The notes under the pieces: model-generated
The model's database searches: none
What the model saw: only the letters and a program-made list of their open reading frames with translations
What the model was told of the DNA's origin: nothing
Translations under genes and position numbers: made by a program
In this document: in pieces, positions 11,992 to 27,107 of the stretch
Layout of the letters: every line of letters begins with the position of its first letter
Numbering within the stretch: the stretch's first letter is position 1
Assembly (NCBI RefSeq): GCF_009914755.1
Contig: NC_060925.1
Strand: one strand, 5' to 3'
From: the human T2T-CHM13v2.0 reference genome, Homo sapiens
Length of the DNA: 64,000 nucleotides

Positions 11992-12274
11992 TTCTCTTTT
12001 CCTAGCTGGTGGGGGACTTCCTGGCTCTGTCTTCTGTCCATGCACTTGGATAGTAGGGTGTGGAAAGATTCTGAGATTTCAGGGTTTCACAGAGGTAGTG
12101 TAGCACTGGAATTAGGTGCTAGTATTTGGAGCTCTGGGGTAAAGTCCCAACTACCATTAACTAGGTAAGAGTTTGTGTTAATTATTTGATCTTTCCTAAC
12201 CTCTGTTTTTTCATTTATACAAGGAAGTTACTAATAGCTACTTCATCAGGGCGGTTGAAAAATATTAAATGTAA

Positions 12275-12612
<338 letters not shown>

Positions 12613-14530
12613 TGGACACTTTTAATATTAAGCAACTGAAGACCTGACTCAAATTGGTATAAATAATAAAAGAAATTTATTGACATGTGTAACGGAAATG
12701 ACTGGAGGCTTTCTGGTATGGTTTGATCCAGAGGCACCTGTTTCCTCCTCTTCCTTCTCTTCCTTTTCTTTCTCTTTCCCAAAGCTTCCAGCTAGCTGAG
12801 CATATATTTACATATTTTATTCCAGACTCCTAGAATTGGTTTTTTTGTTTTGTCTTTTTGTAATCTGCCTGAGAAGAGATCTCACACACAAGCTGCATTA
12901 AACATCCTAGATTTCCACATTTTCTACACTCTCCTGCCTGCTAACTGCACCTTCTTTTGGTTTCTTATTTCTGTTCTGCAGCACAATTTTCTACTTTCTG
13001 TCCTCAAATATGTCAGGCTCAGACCTGCCTCTGTATGCTTGCCTTAGCTGTTCCCTCTGCCTGGATCAATTTTCTCCTTGATTATCTTAGGGCTGACTCC
13101 TTCATATCATGGGTGATCTTGCTTCCAGTGCCTTTTGCTATCTCTGCAGCACCTTTCCTGATCATGCCATCTGAATACATGCCTTGTCTTCCACCTGCCC
13201 TCTCCTATTCTGCTGTTTTGATTCTCTTTATATTACTTATTACTGTCTCTTTTCTCTCTCGAAATTTGTTTATTGGCTGCGTCTGTTCCTGTCAGTGCCT
13301 TGTAAGTGCCAAGAGGCAGGGGCCTTGCCTGTTTGGGTTTTGGGGTGTTCTTAGTGCCTGGTTCTGTGCCAGAAATGTTGCATGTACTCAATAGATGTCC
13401 TGTGGAATGAATGAATGGAAGATATGAATAGCAATATTATCATAGAATTGTTAAGAGGATTGCATGAGAAGACACGTTTAAAGTGCTTGGCCCAGGACCT
13501 GCCATGAAGTCAGTGTCCATTTTCCAGTAAGTGGGAGTAGTCAAGGCATGCTTTTGCTGCTGTTGTCATCATGTTGTCCCGTCCTGGCTATGGAGTGCCT
13601 TTCTCCACCGTGCTCTCATTTGGATGAAAGTTACTCCCAGGTCATGACCCACATGAGGAGTGGGAACATCCCTCGGTCGGCCAGCTGGTTGTTTCATCCA
13701 TCCATGCTGCATAAAGTGGTTGACGTAATTTATTCCCTCCAGGGAATGGAATTCATCCATAGCTTTGCCCTTGAAAAGTCCCCTGGGTTGGGTTTCATCA
13801 GCACGTGGGAAGCTCAGACGGTCTGGGTTTTGGTTTCCAAGGTCTTCAGAGACCAATAACAGCCCAGCGCCTCGCTGGCCAAATAAAAGAGTTGGAAATC
13901 AAACTAAAGATGTGCTTGTGGAAAGTGACTACAGAAAAGGTCATGTTTTCTCAAGACATAGCCTTTCTCCGGGAAGCCATTCTTGAGCTAAGACAAGCAG
14001 CAGCACCATCCTTGGGCCTGGGAACCAGGACGTCTCCCCTAGAGTGAGGACTCCTAGGCCAAGGGATGTGCCTGCTGGAGCCCTTGGTCTCCCTTCTAAA
14101 CCATGATCTGAGTGTCTGCGACTCTGGGATTTCTTGCTCAAGTGACCCTGAATCACTTCCAGAATCTATCTGGGTTGCCTGCCTAGGTTTATCCTATTGA
14201 GTGAAGGTGATGGTTGCTACAGGAGCAAGAAATAAGCTATAGTGCTGATGGAGGGGGAAGGACATCTGAAATGAGTGGAGAGGAAGGGGATGATGCGTAT
14301 TGTTAAGACCGTGGAGGCAGCTGTAGCAGCAGGGACTGCAGCTCCTTCCCTTCCCTTCCCTTCTACATTCAAGTCCTTCAGGCCATCTGGACCAGATGTT
14401 GAAGAGGACTCTGTGATCCCTCAGCCTTGCACTCTAGGGTGAAGTGAGGGCACGCGCTATCACAGGATGGTAGAGGGCCCAGGTAGTGGTGTGGGAACCA
14501 GGCACAGTGGAAGGGCATGGGAGGATCTGA

Positions 14531-14880
<350 letters not shown>

Positions 14881-16653
14881 AGTTTCTTTTAACCTCACAA
14901 TCTCAGCATCCTGCTGTGCCCTAGGCCAGTCCTGGGGCTAAAAGTGAACCAGGCTTGGTTTCTAGTCTACCATTCACTCATTCATTGACTTGGTTAGTCT
15001 CCTATTCCATCATCTACAGAAGACATTTGCTCTCAAAGAACCATCTCTCTGCCACCTGGTATGGACCTGGCTTGATTTCCCTAGTAACTAGGCAGGATGT
15101 GCTAGTTATCTCCATCTTAAAACTGAGGACAAAAGTGAAATATAAGTGATTTTTGGATTATCTGTGATCATCATTCATCCAGCCAAGCTAAGGCAATAAT
15201 TGAGAAATGGGTATTTCATTCTGGTCCAATGGTATAAACTAGGACCCAGAGGTGCAACTGGCTGGCCTGTCAGCTGACTGTCAAGGTGGAAAGACCAGAT
15301 CTTAGATGGAGACAGCTGTGGGTTTGAGTCTTCACTCTCTCTCTTACACACATGAGACATGATACACTCTCACGCTGTCTCTTACATACTGCTTATGTAT
15401 CATGCATTGATAGGGTACATTTCCAGAGGTGGTTTGCTGAGTGAAAGGATAAGTGCTTTTATAACTGACCAAGCCTTAATCTGTGTGCACCACGGCTTCA
15501 CTTCATCACGTTCTGTTATTGTTGGTTTCTGCAAGGTACCAATTTTATTTTATTCACTTTAGTCCTTGATCTTCCATCTCCACTACCAATTTATTCTTCC
15601 TATGTTTATTTAGATATATGGTTTCTTGAAAAATGTTTAGTGTTTGTTTGACTCTCTGTGGAGGCTTTTAAACTGGTACACAGATATTGTGCTATACATT
15701 TCCCTGTTTTCTGCCAAGTTTGCAAATTAGCATAGGCTCCGGCTCCCTGTGCCAAAACCAGCCTAATAGATACATGCCTGAGAGAGAATCTTGGATGATG
15801 AAATAGCAGAAGAACCTCTGCAGAGTCTTGCAGGAAGTTAGAATCTGATCTTGGCTGCTGGGTGTGGTTCTCGGGGAGAGGGGTTGGCTGTGCCTTGGAG
15901 CAGTGGATTGGTGGGCTTTGGCAAGCAGCAAGTAGGTTGGGAGGAAGCTCTTTAAGTTTTGTTCTTTTTCTCCTTTTGCGTCTTCATCTTAGAGCAACAG
16001 CTGAAATGCCCAAGTCCTAGAGATGATGTTAGGGCTGTCCCAAAGCCCTGCTTGGGTAAGCAATTGACCCAGATGGATGCAGGCTTCTCAAGTGCCCTCA
16101 GCCATTCATTCCCTCATCTCATCCTGCACTGTTCCCCCTTCCGCCCTGCCCCATCTCAGGGAGGGCCGGTAACAGCTTTGGAGTGCTGCTACCTGCCAGG
16201 GCTGCTGCTTCCCAGATGTTCAATGATGAAACCCTGTCAGCAGGAGCACCTGCCTGGGGTGGCAGCAAATGAGAATCATCATATCTTGGACTCATCCCCT
16301 TCCCCTTCCCCAAGTTTATCTTGAGACACCCAGACTACACCCACTAGAAAGATGAAATGTACTTGTCAACACATACCATCTAAAACAGAATTGCCAGAGT
16401 GGATGAGCAAGAAACTAAAATATGCGTGTTAAACATACTTATGTAGATAAGGGAAGATGTTAGCAATATCAGGCAAGAACAAATCATTATTTAAAAAAAT
16501 CCCAAGTATAAAAGTTACTTAGGAAGAGTATAATCATTGAAATGGAATAGCTAGCTGAAGAATGTCACAGATAGAGTTAGAAGCTTAGATTGAGATGTCT
16601 TCTTAGAGAAAAAGAATAAAAAGAAAATAGAGAAAATAGCAAGGAAAATTCAA

Positions 16654-17269
<616 letters not shown>

Positions 17270-18098
17270 GGGAGACTCTATCTCTTAAAAAAATCCAAAG
17301 AGATATGGAGTACAGATGTACTAACTTCCAGATAGTAAAAGTCCCAGAAAGAGACAGGAAAAAGAGAAGGAAGGAAATGTTCAATGAAATAATGAATATA
17401 AAATTCCTATCATTAAAGACAAGTGAAAGGACTTCAGAGTACAAAAAGGCCAGATAAAGAAAAACTGTCAACTAGACACATTGCAGTGAAAATTAAGAAC
17501 ATCAAAGACACAGAGAAATTCTACAGGCTTCCAGAGGGAAAGAGCAAATATCCAATCAAAGATGATGAGTCAGGTTAATATCAGACTTCTTATTAGCAAT
17601 ATTGGAATGGGATTGGAAGAAATGGAGGAATGCTTCTAAGGTAATAAGGAAGAATGGAAAAAAAATGAACCAAGGATATTATATCTTTCGAAATTGTTAT
17701 TCAATGTGAGGTTGTAAAAAATGCTTTCAGGAATAAAAGGCCTTCAAAATTTTGCACACAAAGACTCATGTTGAAAATATTCTTAGATAAATACCCAGAA
17801 ATGCAAAGTCTTTACTGGAGGGAGAGATGTATACTCTTTTCCTAGATCTTTCTTTTCCGTAGATCAAGATGGAGGTAAAGCCCCTGGCAAGCATTTGACT
17901 AAGGCTTTATTTCAAGCAGCTTTTCACCGCCTCTGTTTAGAAGCTAAAGAGGAATCACTGAGGAGTAATATGGTCCCAACCTCACCCTGGCAGTCTATGA
18001 GGGTAGCTGGAAAGAAAATGACTCTGTTTATATTGTAATAAATGGTACTTATTCTAAGTCAAAGGATGAAAACAAACTGCTAATTCTAAAATCATTAA

Positions 18099-18423
<325 letters not shown>

Positions 18424-20176
18424 TCAATTCAAATTCGACCAGTATTTCCCAATTGGGGTTCATGGGGCGATGCTGGTCTGTGAACTGCTTCCCCTTCCTG
18501 GGGAGGTACATACAGAGATTGAGAATGTTAGGAAATTTCAAACAATTTGACAGAGTAATTTTATTATTGCATCCAATAATAAAACATCTGGGATTGTATT
18601 TTGTACATTTTTAATTTAACAAAAGTATTGATTTGAGACAGAGTTGGAAAAAATAAAGAATAAATTGGTCCATTACCACGAATGGTTTAAGAAGCACTGG
18701 ATTATACTGGATATTGGCAAATTCTTTCGCAAAAGACCATACGTTCTCTGTGGCAATGATTCAGTTCCACTGTTGTCACGTGAAAGCCAGCATGAGAATT
18801 TACAACCCAAAGAGCATGATTGTATTTTGAGAAAACTTTATTGCCATTAAAATATGATTTTAACATATCATTTTTGTATGAGAGATTCTTCTGATTGTTT
18901 TTCAAGCATTAAAAAACCATAAAAACCATTCTTATCTTGCCTGCTGGACAAAAACAGGCAGTGCATAGATGTGGTCCACAGGCCATAGTGTGCCAACCCA
19001 TGAGTTAGACCATATTGTCTCTGAGAGTTAGTTATCTGTCTTAGACACAGGAATGTTTGTGTGTGTTTGATGATGCTAATTTTCTTTTGAATAGGAAATA
19101 TATTCATAGGGTTAAAAATCAAAACAATATAAAAAGTTATGTATCAAAAAATCTTTCTGTCACCCCATCTGTGCCAGACTCATTTCTTGCCAGCCTTGTC
19201 CCCTAAAGATAGCCATTTTGATGAATTTCTTGCATGATCTTTGAGTGTTACTGGAAATATTAACACAAATATATTAACAGATGTATTTTGCTACATAATT
19301 GTGGCACACTGTTTATACTATTCTCCTCTTTGCTCTTTTCTGTTACCACCATATCCTGAAGACCTTTGTCCATTGGAGCAGAGAGAGCTTCCCTCATAAT
19401 ATAAATGCATTGGGTCCCTTTTTGAGTTGGTATCATTATTTATTTAACTAGTTCTCGTGACACATACTCTTGGATTATTTCCAGCTCAATTCAGAACAAT
19501 GCTGCAGTGAACAAATTTGCTCATACATCACTCTGTGTGTGCACACGTGTGTGTGCGGGTGTGTGGTGTGTGCCTGCATCCATAGGGTAAATTTCCAAAT
19601 GGGGTCACTGAGTGAAAGGATAAATACATTTGTAATTTTGATAGATATTGCCAATTTGCCCTCTGTGGGCATTTTGCCCTCCCACCAGCTACCTATGAAA
19701 GTGCCTGTTTCCCCATGCAGCCTCGCTAGTAGATCAAGTTGTCACACTTCTGGATTTTTTTCATTGTAATAGATAAAAATGGCATCTCAGTGGAATTTTA
19801 ATGTGCATTTCTCTTGCTATGTGTGAAAGTGAACATGACCAGGGCCGCCTTCAGCAAATGAAACATTTGGTGCAGAATTAGAAAAGGTGCTTCTTCTGGG
19901 AAGACAGATTATGGGAAGGCATCTCCTCTGGGGGAATGCAGAACTTGCTGGGCTGTGCAGGGGCCTTCTCCTGTGGGAAACTCAGCTCCCACCTGTGTCC
20001 CCTGTGCAGGGTGCCTTTGTGAAGGGATCCACACCCAGCAGCCCAGATGCGTGTTATTGGAGAAACAGGTGGGGCTGTAGCTGGTCCAGGTGGGAATTTC
20101 CCAGCGGAACCCTGAACAGCAGGAGGGGAAGTAGCATCCCAGTAAAGGTGGGACCCGCTACACTATGTGTGTGACT

Positions 20177-20320
20177 GGGTTGGGTGCAGTGGCTCATGCC
20201 TGTAATCTTAACACTTTGGGAGGCCAGGGCAGGAGCACTGCATGAGGCCAGGAGTTTGAGATCTGCCTGGCCAACATAGCGAGACCCCATCTCTATTAAA
20301 AAATAATAAAAATAAATAAA
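20177..20320 (+). mobile_element. Alu monomer (FLAM-like)
   Basis: Left-arm sequence plus A tail. Confidence 0.8.
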
Positions 20321-20879
20321 TTTGGGCAGCCCAGTGCAAAATGAAGTGTGGGAAGGAACTCTTGATTAAAGATTAGTAAGACTTTTCAGATAGCCACAGC
20401 GCAGCATTAAACCAGGCGTGGCACCCTTCCAAACACAGGATGCTATGGGACTGCAGGGGTTGCACACCTGGGAAACCAACCCTGGTGACGGGATAACACC
20501 CCCAGGGTCCAGCTGGTGGCCAGCATTATATCACCCCACATTTCCTCCTTACTAGACTGGCAACACAGGAGAAGAGCATTCCATGCGGAAGACTTGGACT
20601 ACAGCTTCCCAGATTAAGACCAACCTTCCTGCTTTCTCCCAGCAGGCCAGTAGGAGCTGCTATTGCCTAGGGAAGGGGAGGGAGATGTCTGGGTTTCGCT
20701 TGTAGTAGTCATGGCAGCTATCAGACATATCAGACCCAAAGCTTTTCATTTGTCATCATTCTAATTCTCAAACATGCCCATGCAGGAGGCACCAGTGTTA
20801 TCTCCATCTAGATGAAAGAACTAAGGCTTAGTGAGATGGGGGAGCGGGGATTTGACACAGCCAGTCTGACTCCAGAAGC

Positions 20880-21035
20880 TATTTTTTTCGTTTGTTTTGT
20901 TTTGTTTTTATAAAGATAAGGTCTCCCTGTGTTGCCCAGGCTGGCCTTGAACTTCTGTGAGCTCAAGCAATCCTTGCACTTCAGCCTCAGCCTCCCGAGC
21001 AGCTGGGACAACAGGCACACAGCACTACACCAGAC
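20880..21035 (-). mobile_element. Alu monomer (FLAM-like)
   Basis: T tail followed by GGTCTCCCTGTGTTGCCCAGGCTGG. Confidence 0.75.
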
Positions 21036-21134
21036 TCAGAGCCTGTATTTTTAACCCCTACCCCTGTTTGTTCTCATGCTAACAGTGCATAGGGCAATGC
21101 ATACACACACACATATACATGATTTGCTAATTGC

Positions 21135-21140
21135 TTTATT
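21135..21140 (-). terminator. PLA2G2A polyadenylation signal AATAAA
   Basis: TTTATT on the plus strand about 245 nt after the stop codon, followed on the minus strand by a TG-rich tract. Confidence 0.9.
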
Positions 21141-21385
21141 CAGAAGAGACCCCCCGGAGTACAGCTTCTTTGGTTAAGCACGGAGTTGAGGTGGAGGAGA
21201 GCAGTAGAAGGCTGGAAATCTGCTGGATGTCTCATTCTGGGTGGGTATAGAAGGGCTCCTGCCTGGCCTCTAGGATGGGTGAGGGATGCTTTCTGCATGG
21301 CCAAGGAACTTGGTTAGGGTAGGGAGGGAGGGTATGAGAGAGGGAAATTCAGCACTGGGTGGAAGGTTTCCAGGGAAGAGGGGAC

Positions 21386-21528
21386 TCAGCAACGAGGGGT
21401 GCTCCCTCTGCAGTGTTTATTGGAATAGTACTGGTACTTTTTATTGTAGGTCGTCTTGTTTCTAGCAAAACAGGTGGCAGCAGCCTTATCACACTCACAC
21501 AGTTGACTTCTGCAGGAGTCCTGTTTTG
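21386..21528 (-). CDS. PLA2G2A: PLA2G2A coding exon 4 (terminal; CECD to STPRC*)
   Basis: ATTTCAG|CAAAACAGG...CGTTGCTGA, 143 nt, followed by about 260 nt of 3' UTR. Confidence 0.98.
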
Positions 21529-24458
21529 CTGAAATCATAAGAAAATAAACACAAGATGGGAGTTTATTAATATTCAGTGGCTTCTTGTGGGAACCCTGGG
21601 GTAGAAGACACAGCCCTGTCCTCCAGAAGCTCCTAGTTGGAGACAAACACCTGCGCTCCAGATATTTCTGACCAATGGGGAGACAGAATTCTTGCCCTTG
21701 GGATGCTGGCCTCCAGCCTGGTGGAGACACAGCCAGGCACTGGGATACTTTCTCAAAGGCCTTCCTAACAGCCATAATCTCTTCCTCTTGCTAACAGATG
21801 TGTCCAGGAGGCAAAGCCCTAGCCTCGGGGGTCTGGGAATAGATTGTGATTGGTGTAAGCCAGGCAGGGTCATCCCTTTTTCCTTTGCAGTGATTGGTCT
21901 TTGTGTATCATGTAACCTTGTTCCAACCAATGAGCAACAAGGGGAAGTCTGCTGGGGGCTTCTGGGAACGATCTATTTCCTCCCTCCAAAAAGAGAGATG
22001 CCCAAAAGGAAAGCCTCTTCCATAGTATGAGGCCAGGAGGGTGGACCTGCAGCCTGTCTCTTGACATCCCAGGTGTAGACACTGGCCACGTGGCATAGCT
22101 GAAGGCCAGGAGAAGGCTGGATTCTTAATGACATGGCTGGAAAGCTGCCCCAAGCCTGGCACTGCACTCTTCCAGAATTCTAGTTATGCGACAGTCACAT
22201 ATCCCCATTATGCAAGCCACTGTCAGCTTGGCATCATGTGGCTTGTGACCTAACGCCTGCTGAAGATACATGCCTCTATGGAGAGGCCATGATGGGAGAC
22301 ATAATTTCTGATCTTAAAGGACTCAGGCCATGGGCAGGAGTCCACGCTTTTTCCAAATCCCACTCATGAGTCAGCTGTCTGGGGACACCAAGCAAAGCCT
22401 TCCAGTGCCACCCACCTCTCCTCCCCTTCAGGGCCAAACTTTCTCCAGAATGTTGTCTTTGCCTCCTGTCTTTATTTGCCTTCCCATCAGCCCCCACCTG
22501 GTCTAATCTGGCTTTGCCCTCCCGACTCCATGGAAACAGCTTCCCCTGAGTCCCTCATGCGTTTCTGCCTCAACATCCAGGGGAGCCTTGTTGGCCCTTT
22601 TCATGGAGGACTCCCTGTTCACTTGGCCCTTGCTAACCATTTCCTTACTGACTCCTTGACCTTCTCGCTCAGTTCCCCTTCTCCCTCTCTGTCCATCCCT
22701 TCTCTGTCTCCTTTCTGGGCCTTTAAACAGCAAATGAGTGATCACACCCACCTCTCAGGTCTCTGCTGCTGGCTTCTGAATCTGTGTCCCAGTCCTGAAT
22801 TCTCCCCTGAGCTGCATTTGTATAGACAGCTGCCTGCTGGACCCCTCCCTGGGTGCTGGAGGCCCCTAAACTCAACATGCTGGAAATAGAACTGCTCCTC
22901 CCCACCCTCCACCATGACCTGCTCCCATGGTCTTTATCACAGTTGTGCCATCCATGCAGCCACATATCCATCCAACAACTCCCTCTCCCCATCCCTCCCA
23001 ACTCAGTCACCAGTTCAGCTGATTCCATCTCAAATGCATCTTGATTTTTTCTCCACCTTTCCCATCCTGACCTCCATTGTTTTATGTCAAGATGTTACTC
23101 CCTCTTGCCTGCATGATGGCAATAGCTTTCTCTGCCCCCCTTCCACTTGTCTCCATCGACCCTGTCCCCACAGTGAGTCATCTAAAATGCAAATCTGACC
23201 CTGTAGCTCCTTTGCTTAATAGCATCCTATTGCTTTAGGGCAAAACCTAAATACAGCCCGGCCTGGAGGGCCGGATTGACCTAGCTCCTTCCTATGTCTC
23301 CAGCATCATGGCTCAGCACTGCTCCTCTTCCTCATGTTTCTGCTGGGCAGTACAGAATGGCTTACAGTGCCCTTTAGTGCCTTTGACCATGCTGTGTCCT
23401 CTTCTGGGAATGCTCCCTCCTCTTCCCTGACTCTCTGCACAGCCTTTCAGACTCAGCTTAGGGGTCACCCCTTCCAGGAGCCTTCCTCAAGCCTCAGGCT
23501 GTGTTAATGCCTTATCTGTTTGTTTACTTCCCACTGGAGTCTTTACTACATTGGATTTTCACTTTCCTGGCTTCCCACTCAACCGTGAGCTTCCTGAAGC
23601 AGGAACTGTGTCCCTCTGTGTCTATCTTTGGTGCCCAGCACAGTCCCCAGCACTGTCTAAACAAATGAGGGCCACTCGATGGTGAGGTAGGACTCTTACC
23701 ACAGGTGATTCTGCTCCCCGAGTTGCTAAACTTGTAGCTCAGAAATTTGGTGCCACATCCACGTTTCTCCAGACGTTTGTAGCAACAGTCATGAGTGACA
23801 CAGCAGCTGTGAGGAGACACCCTGTTGGGGCTCTTGTCCCACAGCTCCAGGAGGCCTGGTGCCTGTGGTCTCACCCCCTTGGACCCTGGGCAGAGACCCA
23901 GTGACTTTGCAACAGTCTAGAGCAGAAGTTCCAACATGCCGGCTGCTTTTCCAGCCAGGCCATCCTGAGACCTCTGCGCCCATCAGGAACCGGCACTGTC
24001 TTTGCAGCTCCCAGCCCTGCCTGGGCCAGAGTCTAGGAGGGTAGGGAGGGATAGGTGGCCTCACCGATCCGTTGCATCCTTGGGGGATCCTCTGCCACCC
24101 ACGCCACAGTGGCAGCCGTAGAAGCCATAACTGAGTGCGGCTTCCTTTCCTGTCGTCAACTTGATCATTCTGTGGAAATTCACCAAATTCCCATGGGCCT
24201 GCAGTAGGCCTGGAAGGAAATTTGGGAGTTGTCTGGTGATGGGGCATGGGGTTCTGTGCCCTCCCTCTCTGCCCCTCTCTGCTACTCTCCTTCCTCCCAA
24301 ATGGCTTCTTTTTTCCCCCTGAGAGAGGATCACTGCAATGGGAGAGAAAACTAAGGGACAAGAGTGCTTCCCTTCTGGGGCTGTCCCCCCATGCTCAGAG
24401 GTCAGGGTCAGCTCTTACCAAAGATCATGATCACTGCCAACAGTAGGAGGGTCTTCAT
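21386..24458 (-). CDS. PLA2G2A: Group IIA secreted phospholipase A2 precursor, spliced CDS join(24458-24419, 24209-24065, 23806-23700, 21528-21386), 144 aa
   Basis: Exons of 40+145+107+143 = 435 nt with GT-AG boundaries give [20 protein letters not shown]|[124 protein letters not shown]. This includes the signal peptide, Ca2+ loop YGCHCGVGG, catalytic HD, CECD and the group II C-terminal extension. Confidence 0.99.
23700..23806 (-). CDS. PLA2G2A: PLA2G2A coding exon 3 (CCVTHDCCY active-site helix)
   Basis: CACAG|CTGCTGTGTC...ACCTGTG|GTAAG, 107 nt. Confidence 0.98.
24065..24209 (-). CDS. PLA2G2A: PLA2G2A coding exon 2 (mature N-terminus and Ca2+-binding loop)
   Basis: CCTTCCAG|GCCTACTG...GGATCG|GTGAG, 145 nt. 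Confidence 0.98.
24419..24458 (-). CDS. PLA2G2A: PLA2G2A coding exon 1 (signal peptide; the full exon extends 5' to 24564)
   Basis: ACCATGAAGACCCTCCTACTG...ATCTTTG|GTAAG; acceptor TCTCAG|AGCC at 24564. Confidence 0.97.
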
Positions 24459-24658
24459 GGTAAGAGTTCTTGGGTGACAAATGCAGATGGACTGGCCTAG
24501 CTCCTCTGCTGGGTGGTCTCAACTTCTGCCCCGGCCGTCGCTCCCCTGCTCCTCCTTGGTGGCTCTGAGACACACAGACATGCTCTCCCATCCAACCTAA
24601 GTCCAGGGTGACTTCCTCTGTCACACTCAGAGCACACAAGGAGTGCCCTCCAGCAATG

Positions 24659-24680
24659 CACACACACACACACACACACA
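24659..24680. repeat. (CA)n microsatellite in a PLA2G2A intron
   Basis: About 11 CA units. Confidence 0.85.
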
Positions 24681-25258
24681 ACCACCTCCTGACCCGTTCC
24701 CAGCTCTGCAGAATGGTTTCACACACATCAGGCCCTCAGACCTGTGGAGAACCCCATGATACACTAATGAGACCTCCCCTGTACCTCATCAGACTGAGAG
24801 TTCTTGGGAGGTTGGAACCAGGTTCCTCCCAACTACCTGGGAGGTTCCTGAGGTCAGAGGATGTGTCCCTCGCTAGACATAGCTTGCATATCCCCACACT
24901 GGATTCAAGGCTTGGAGTCTCCAAGGCACCCATGGAGGCTCGGCCTCAGTATTTTCCTCCAGAATGAAAGCATCAACCTCTCTCTTCTAGGCCTTCTAAC
25001 CCCTTCCACATACACAAGTTCCCAAACACATACATGTTAACACACCTATGCCCACATACACACACTCTCGTACTTACCTGATAGTGCCAACATCCTCTCT
25101 TACACTACACTCACATACTCACTCAACACACTCATGCACACACACCCTCTCATACATATCAAATCATGCACATGCATGCACAACACAGCCACTCTCAAAG
25201 GCAGCGAATGAGCAGGAATTCTGCTCTTGACAGGACATCAGCTTCGCTGGCTCTTTAC

Positions 25259-25369
25259 CTCTCAGAGGACTCCAGAGTTGTATCCCCAGGCCGTCTTGTT
25301 TGTTCTGCACTCCTGCTCCCCTTAAATAGCTGCTCCCTCTGGGAGGTTGGGGGTAGGTGAGGCACAAGG
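25259..25369 (-). other. PLA2G2A: PLA2G2A non-coding exon (first exon from the proximal TSS near 25300; internal exon when spliced from the distal exon)
   Basis: Acceptor CCCAG|CCTTGTGCC at 25369 and donor GAGAG|GTAAAG at 25259; matches the recalled PLA2G2A 5' UTR. Confidence 0.85.
25322..25328 (-). promoter_or_regulatory. TATA-like box (TATTTAA) of the proximal PLA2G2A promoter
   Basis: GCTATTTAAGGGG about 25 nt upstream of the likely TSS. Confidence 0.8.
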
Positions 25370-26040
25370 CTGGGGATGGGCGTGGTCAGTTGGTGGACTC
25401 AGGATTGGTCGCCCATACCCCTAGGTAATCCCTTTCCTTCCCCTCATCAGCTGGCAGGACAGAGTTGAGGATTGGGAAACCTTACGTGTCAGTAGCTGAT
25501 GCCAAAACACATTTCAGGCAGTTTTGCAGTCTTTCCATGGAGTAAATTCCCATAACCAGCTCTGGGTGTGATCAACGGTCAGCCACCTCCCTGCAATCGC
25601 CTCTAAGGGGGGCAGAGACTGTCTGCTGTTGCAGGCTGTGGACTCATTTGCACACCCAAAGGGACTACCAATTGCTGAGCAAGGATTGCTCCCTTCTGCT
25701 CAATGTGGCATTTGGGAATAGAAAAGAGGGCTTTTAGTGGTACTCATTCATTCAGCCGCTCAATCATTCATTCACAGGAAGTATGTCCTGGGCCTCTACC
25801 ATGTTCCAGCACCTGTGCAGGCCTCACGTGTGCACCCCACAGTCCACCAGGGAGAGAGTTTAATGGGGGTGGATTTCCCTTCCCACTAACTTGGGCCAGG
25901 GCCTCAACTTTCTCTTCTTATTCTTCTTTCTTCTTTTCCTCCACCCCTGTCTCATATGAGCTTCTAAACCTGGAAAAAGCCAGAGGCTATCCTTGAAGTT
26001 CCCACCAAAGCACTGCCTTCACTTTATTCCCCATCCTCAC

Positions 26041-26097
26041 CTGTTTGGAGACAGGGCAGGTGAATGCTCCCTGGATCTGTTGCTCTTTTTCCTTCAG
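26041..26097 (-). other. PLA2G2A: Distal non-coding first exon of PLA2G2A
   Basis: GAAGGAAAAAGAGCAACAGATCC...CTCCAAACAG|GTGAG donor; matches the recalled 5' end of the long mRNA; TSS approximate. Confidence 0.75.
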
Positions 26098-26655
26098 CCT
26101 TCGGGCTGACACTGACTCCAGCTTTAATTCATAAAGTAAATATCTTTTTCATTGCTCTCCAGCACATGCTAAGAATTTAGCTTCCACCGCCTTAAGTAAA
26201 CACTCTGCGATACCAGTCCTAAAAAAGTCACTGTGGCAGGGGCTGTGGTGCTTGTGAACATTCCATCTGTTCCCTACACTCTAGAGCCCCTTGCAGGGAT
26301 GGAGACCTAGGGCCCTGCTGCTGACTGGTAAAACATGAGCACTGGTATGAAGGGTCACTTCCAGGTTTCTCCAGCAAGGGGACTATGAGATGCAACTCCC
26401 CAGCCCTTCCCTGCCCCACTGGTAGAACCAGAAGATGAAAGCAATCTGGGGTGTAAGAATCATGGCACGGAAGACAGTTGTCCTAGAAAGTCCTGCAGCT
26501 CACAGGGGTCTTAGTGTGAGTGAGAAATAGACTTTTGTTGTATTAAGCTGATGATAATTGAGATGGGCAGTTGCTGGAGCATAACCTAATCTATCCCAAG
26601 AGCCATCAAACAGCTTTCCTCTCGAGAATACCATTTACCTCCAGTGCTCGACTGT

Positions 26656-27107
26656 GTAAGGGGTTGGACTGTGGTCCTCCTTCCTGCTCTCAGTTCCTGT
26701 GTTGGAGTCCCGGTACCTTAGAATGTGATCTTATTTAAAAATAGGGTCATTGCAGATATAATTAGTTAAGAGGAGATCACTAGGGCAGCTAGGATGGGCC
26801 CTAATCCAAGATGACAGATGTCATTACAAAAATGGGAAATTTGGAGACAGGCAGGCACACTGGGAGAAGGCCATACAAAGATGAAGGCAGAGATCAGGGT
26901 GAAGCTTCTACAAGCCAAGGAATGGCAAAGATTACCAGAAAACACTGGAAGCTAGGAGAGAGGGATGGAGCAGATTCTCCCTCACAGCCCTCAGAAGGAA
27001 TCAACCCTGTTGGGCCCTTTGATTTCTGCCACTGGAACTGTTAGACAATAAAATGTCTGTTGTGTAAGCCACAAAGTACCTAATACAAAGCCGAAGCAAA
27101 CTAACAC
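26656..27107 (+). mobile_element. MLT1 MaLR LTR
   Basis: GAATGTGATCTTATTTAAAAATAGGGTCATTGCAGAT...GAAGGAATCAACCCTG...AACTAACACA. Confidence 0.75.

Noticed and set aside
13548-13859. ORF starting MLLLLLSSCC, signal-peptide-like
   Set aside because: No recognisable domain or splice structure, and equally long ORFs overlap on other frames.
23524-24361. 116-, 190- and 90-aa minus-strand ORFs over PLA2G2A
   Set aside because: Read-through of true exons into introns or off-frame reads; explained by the spliced CDS.
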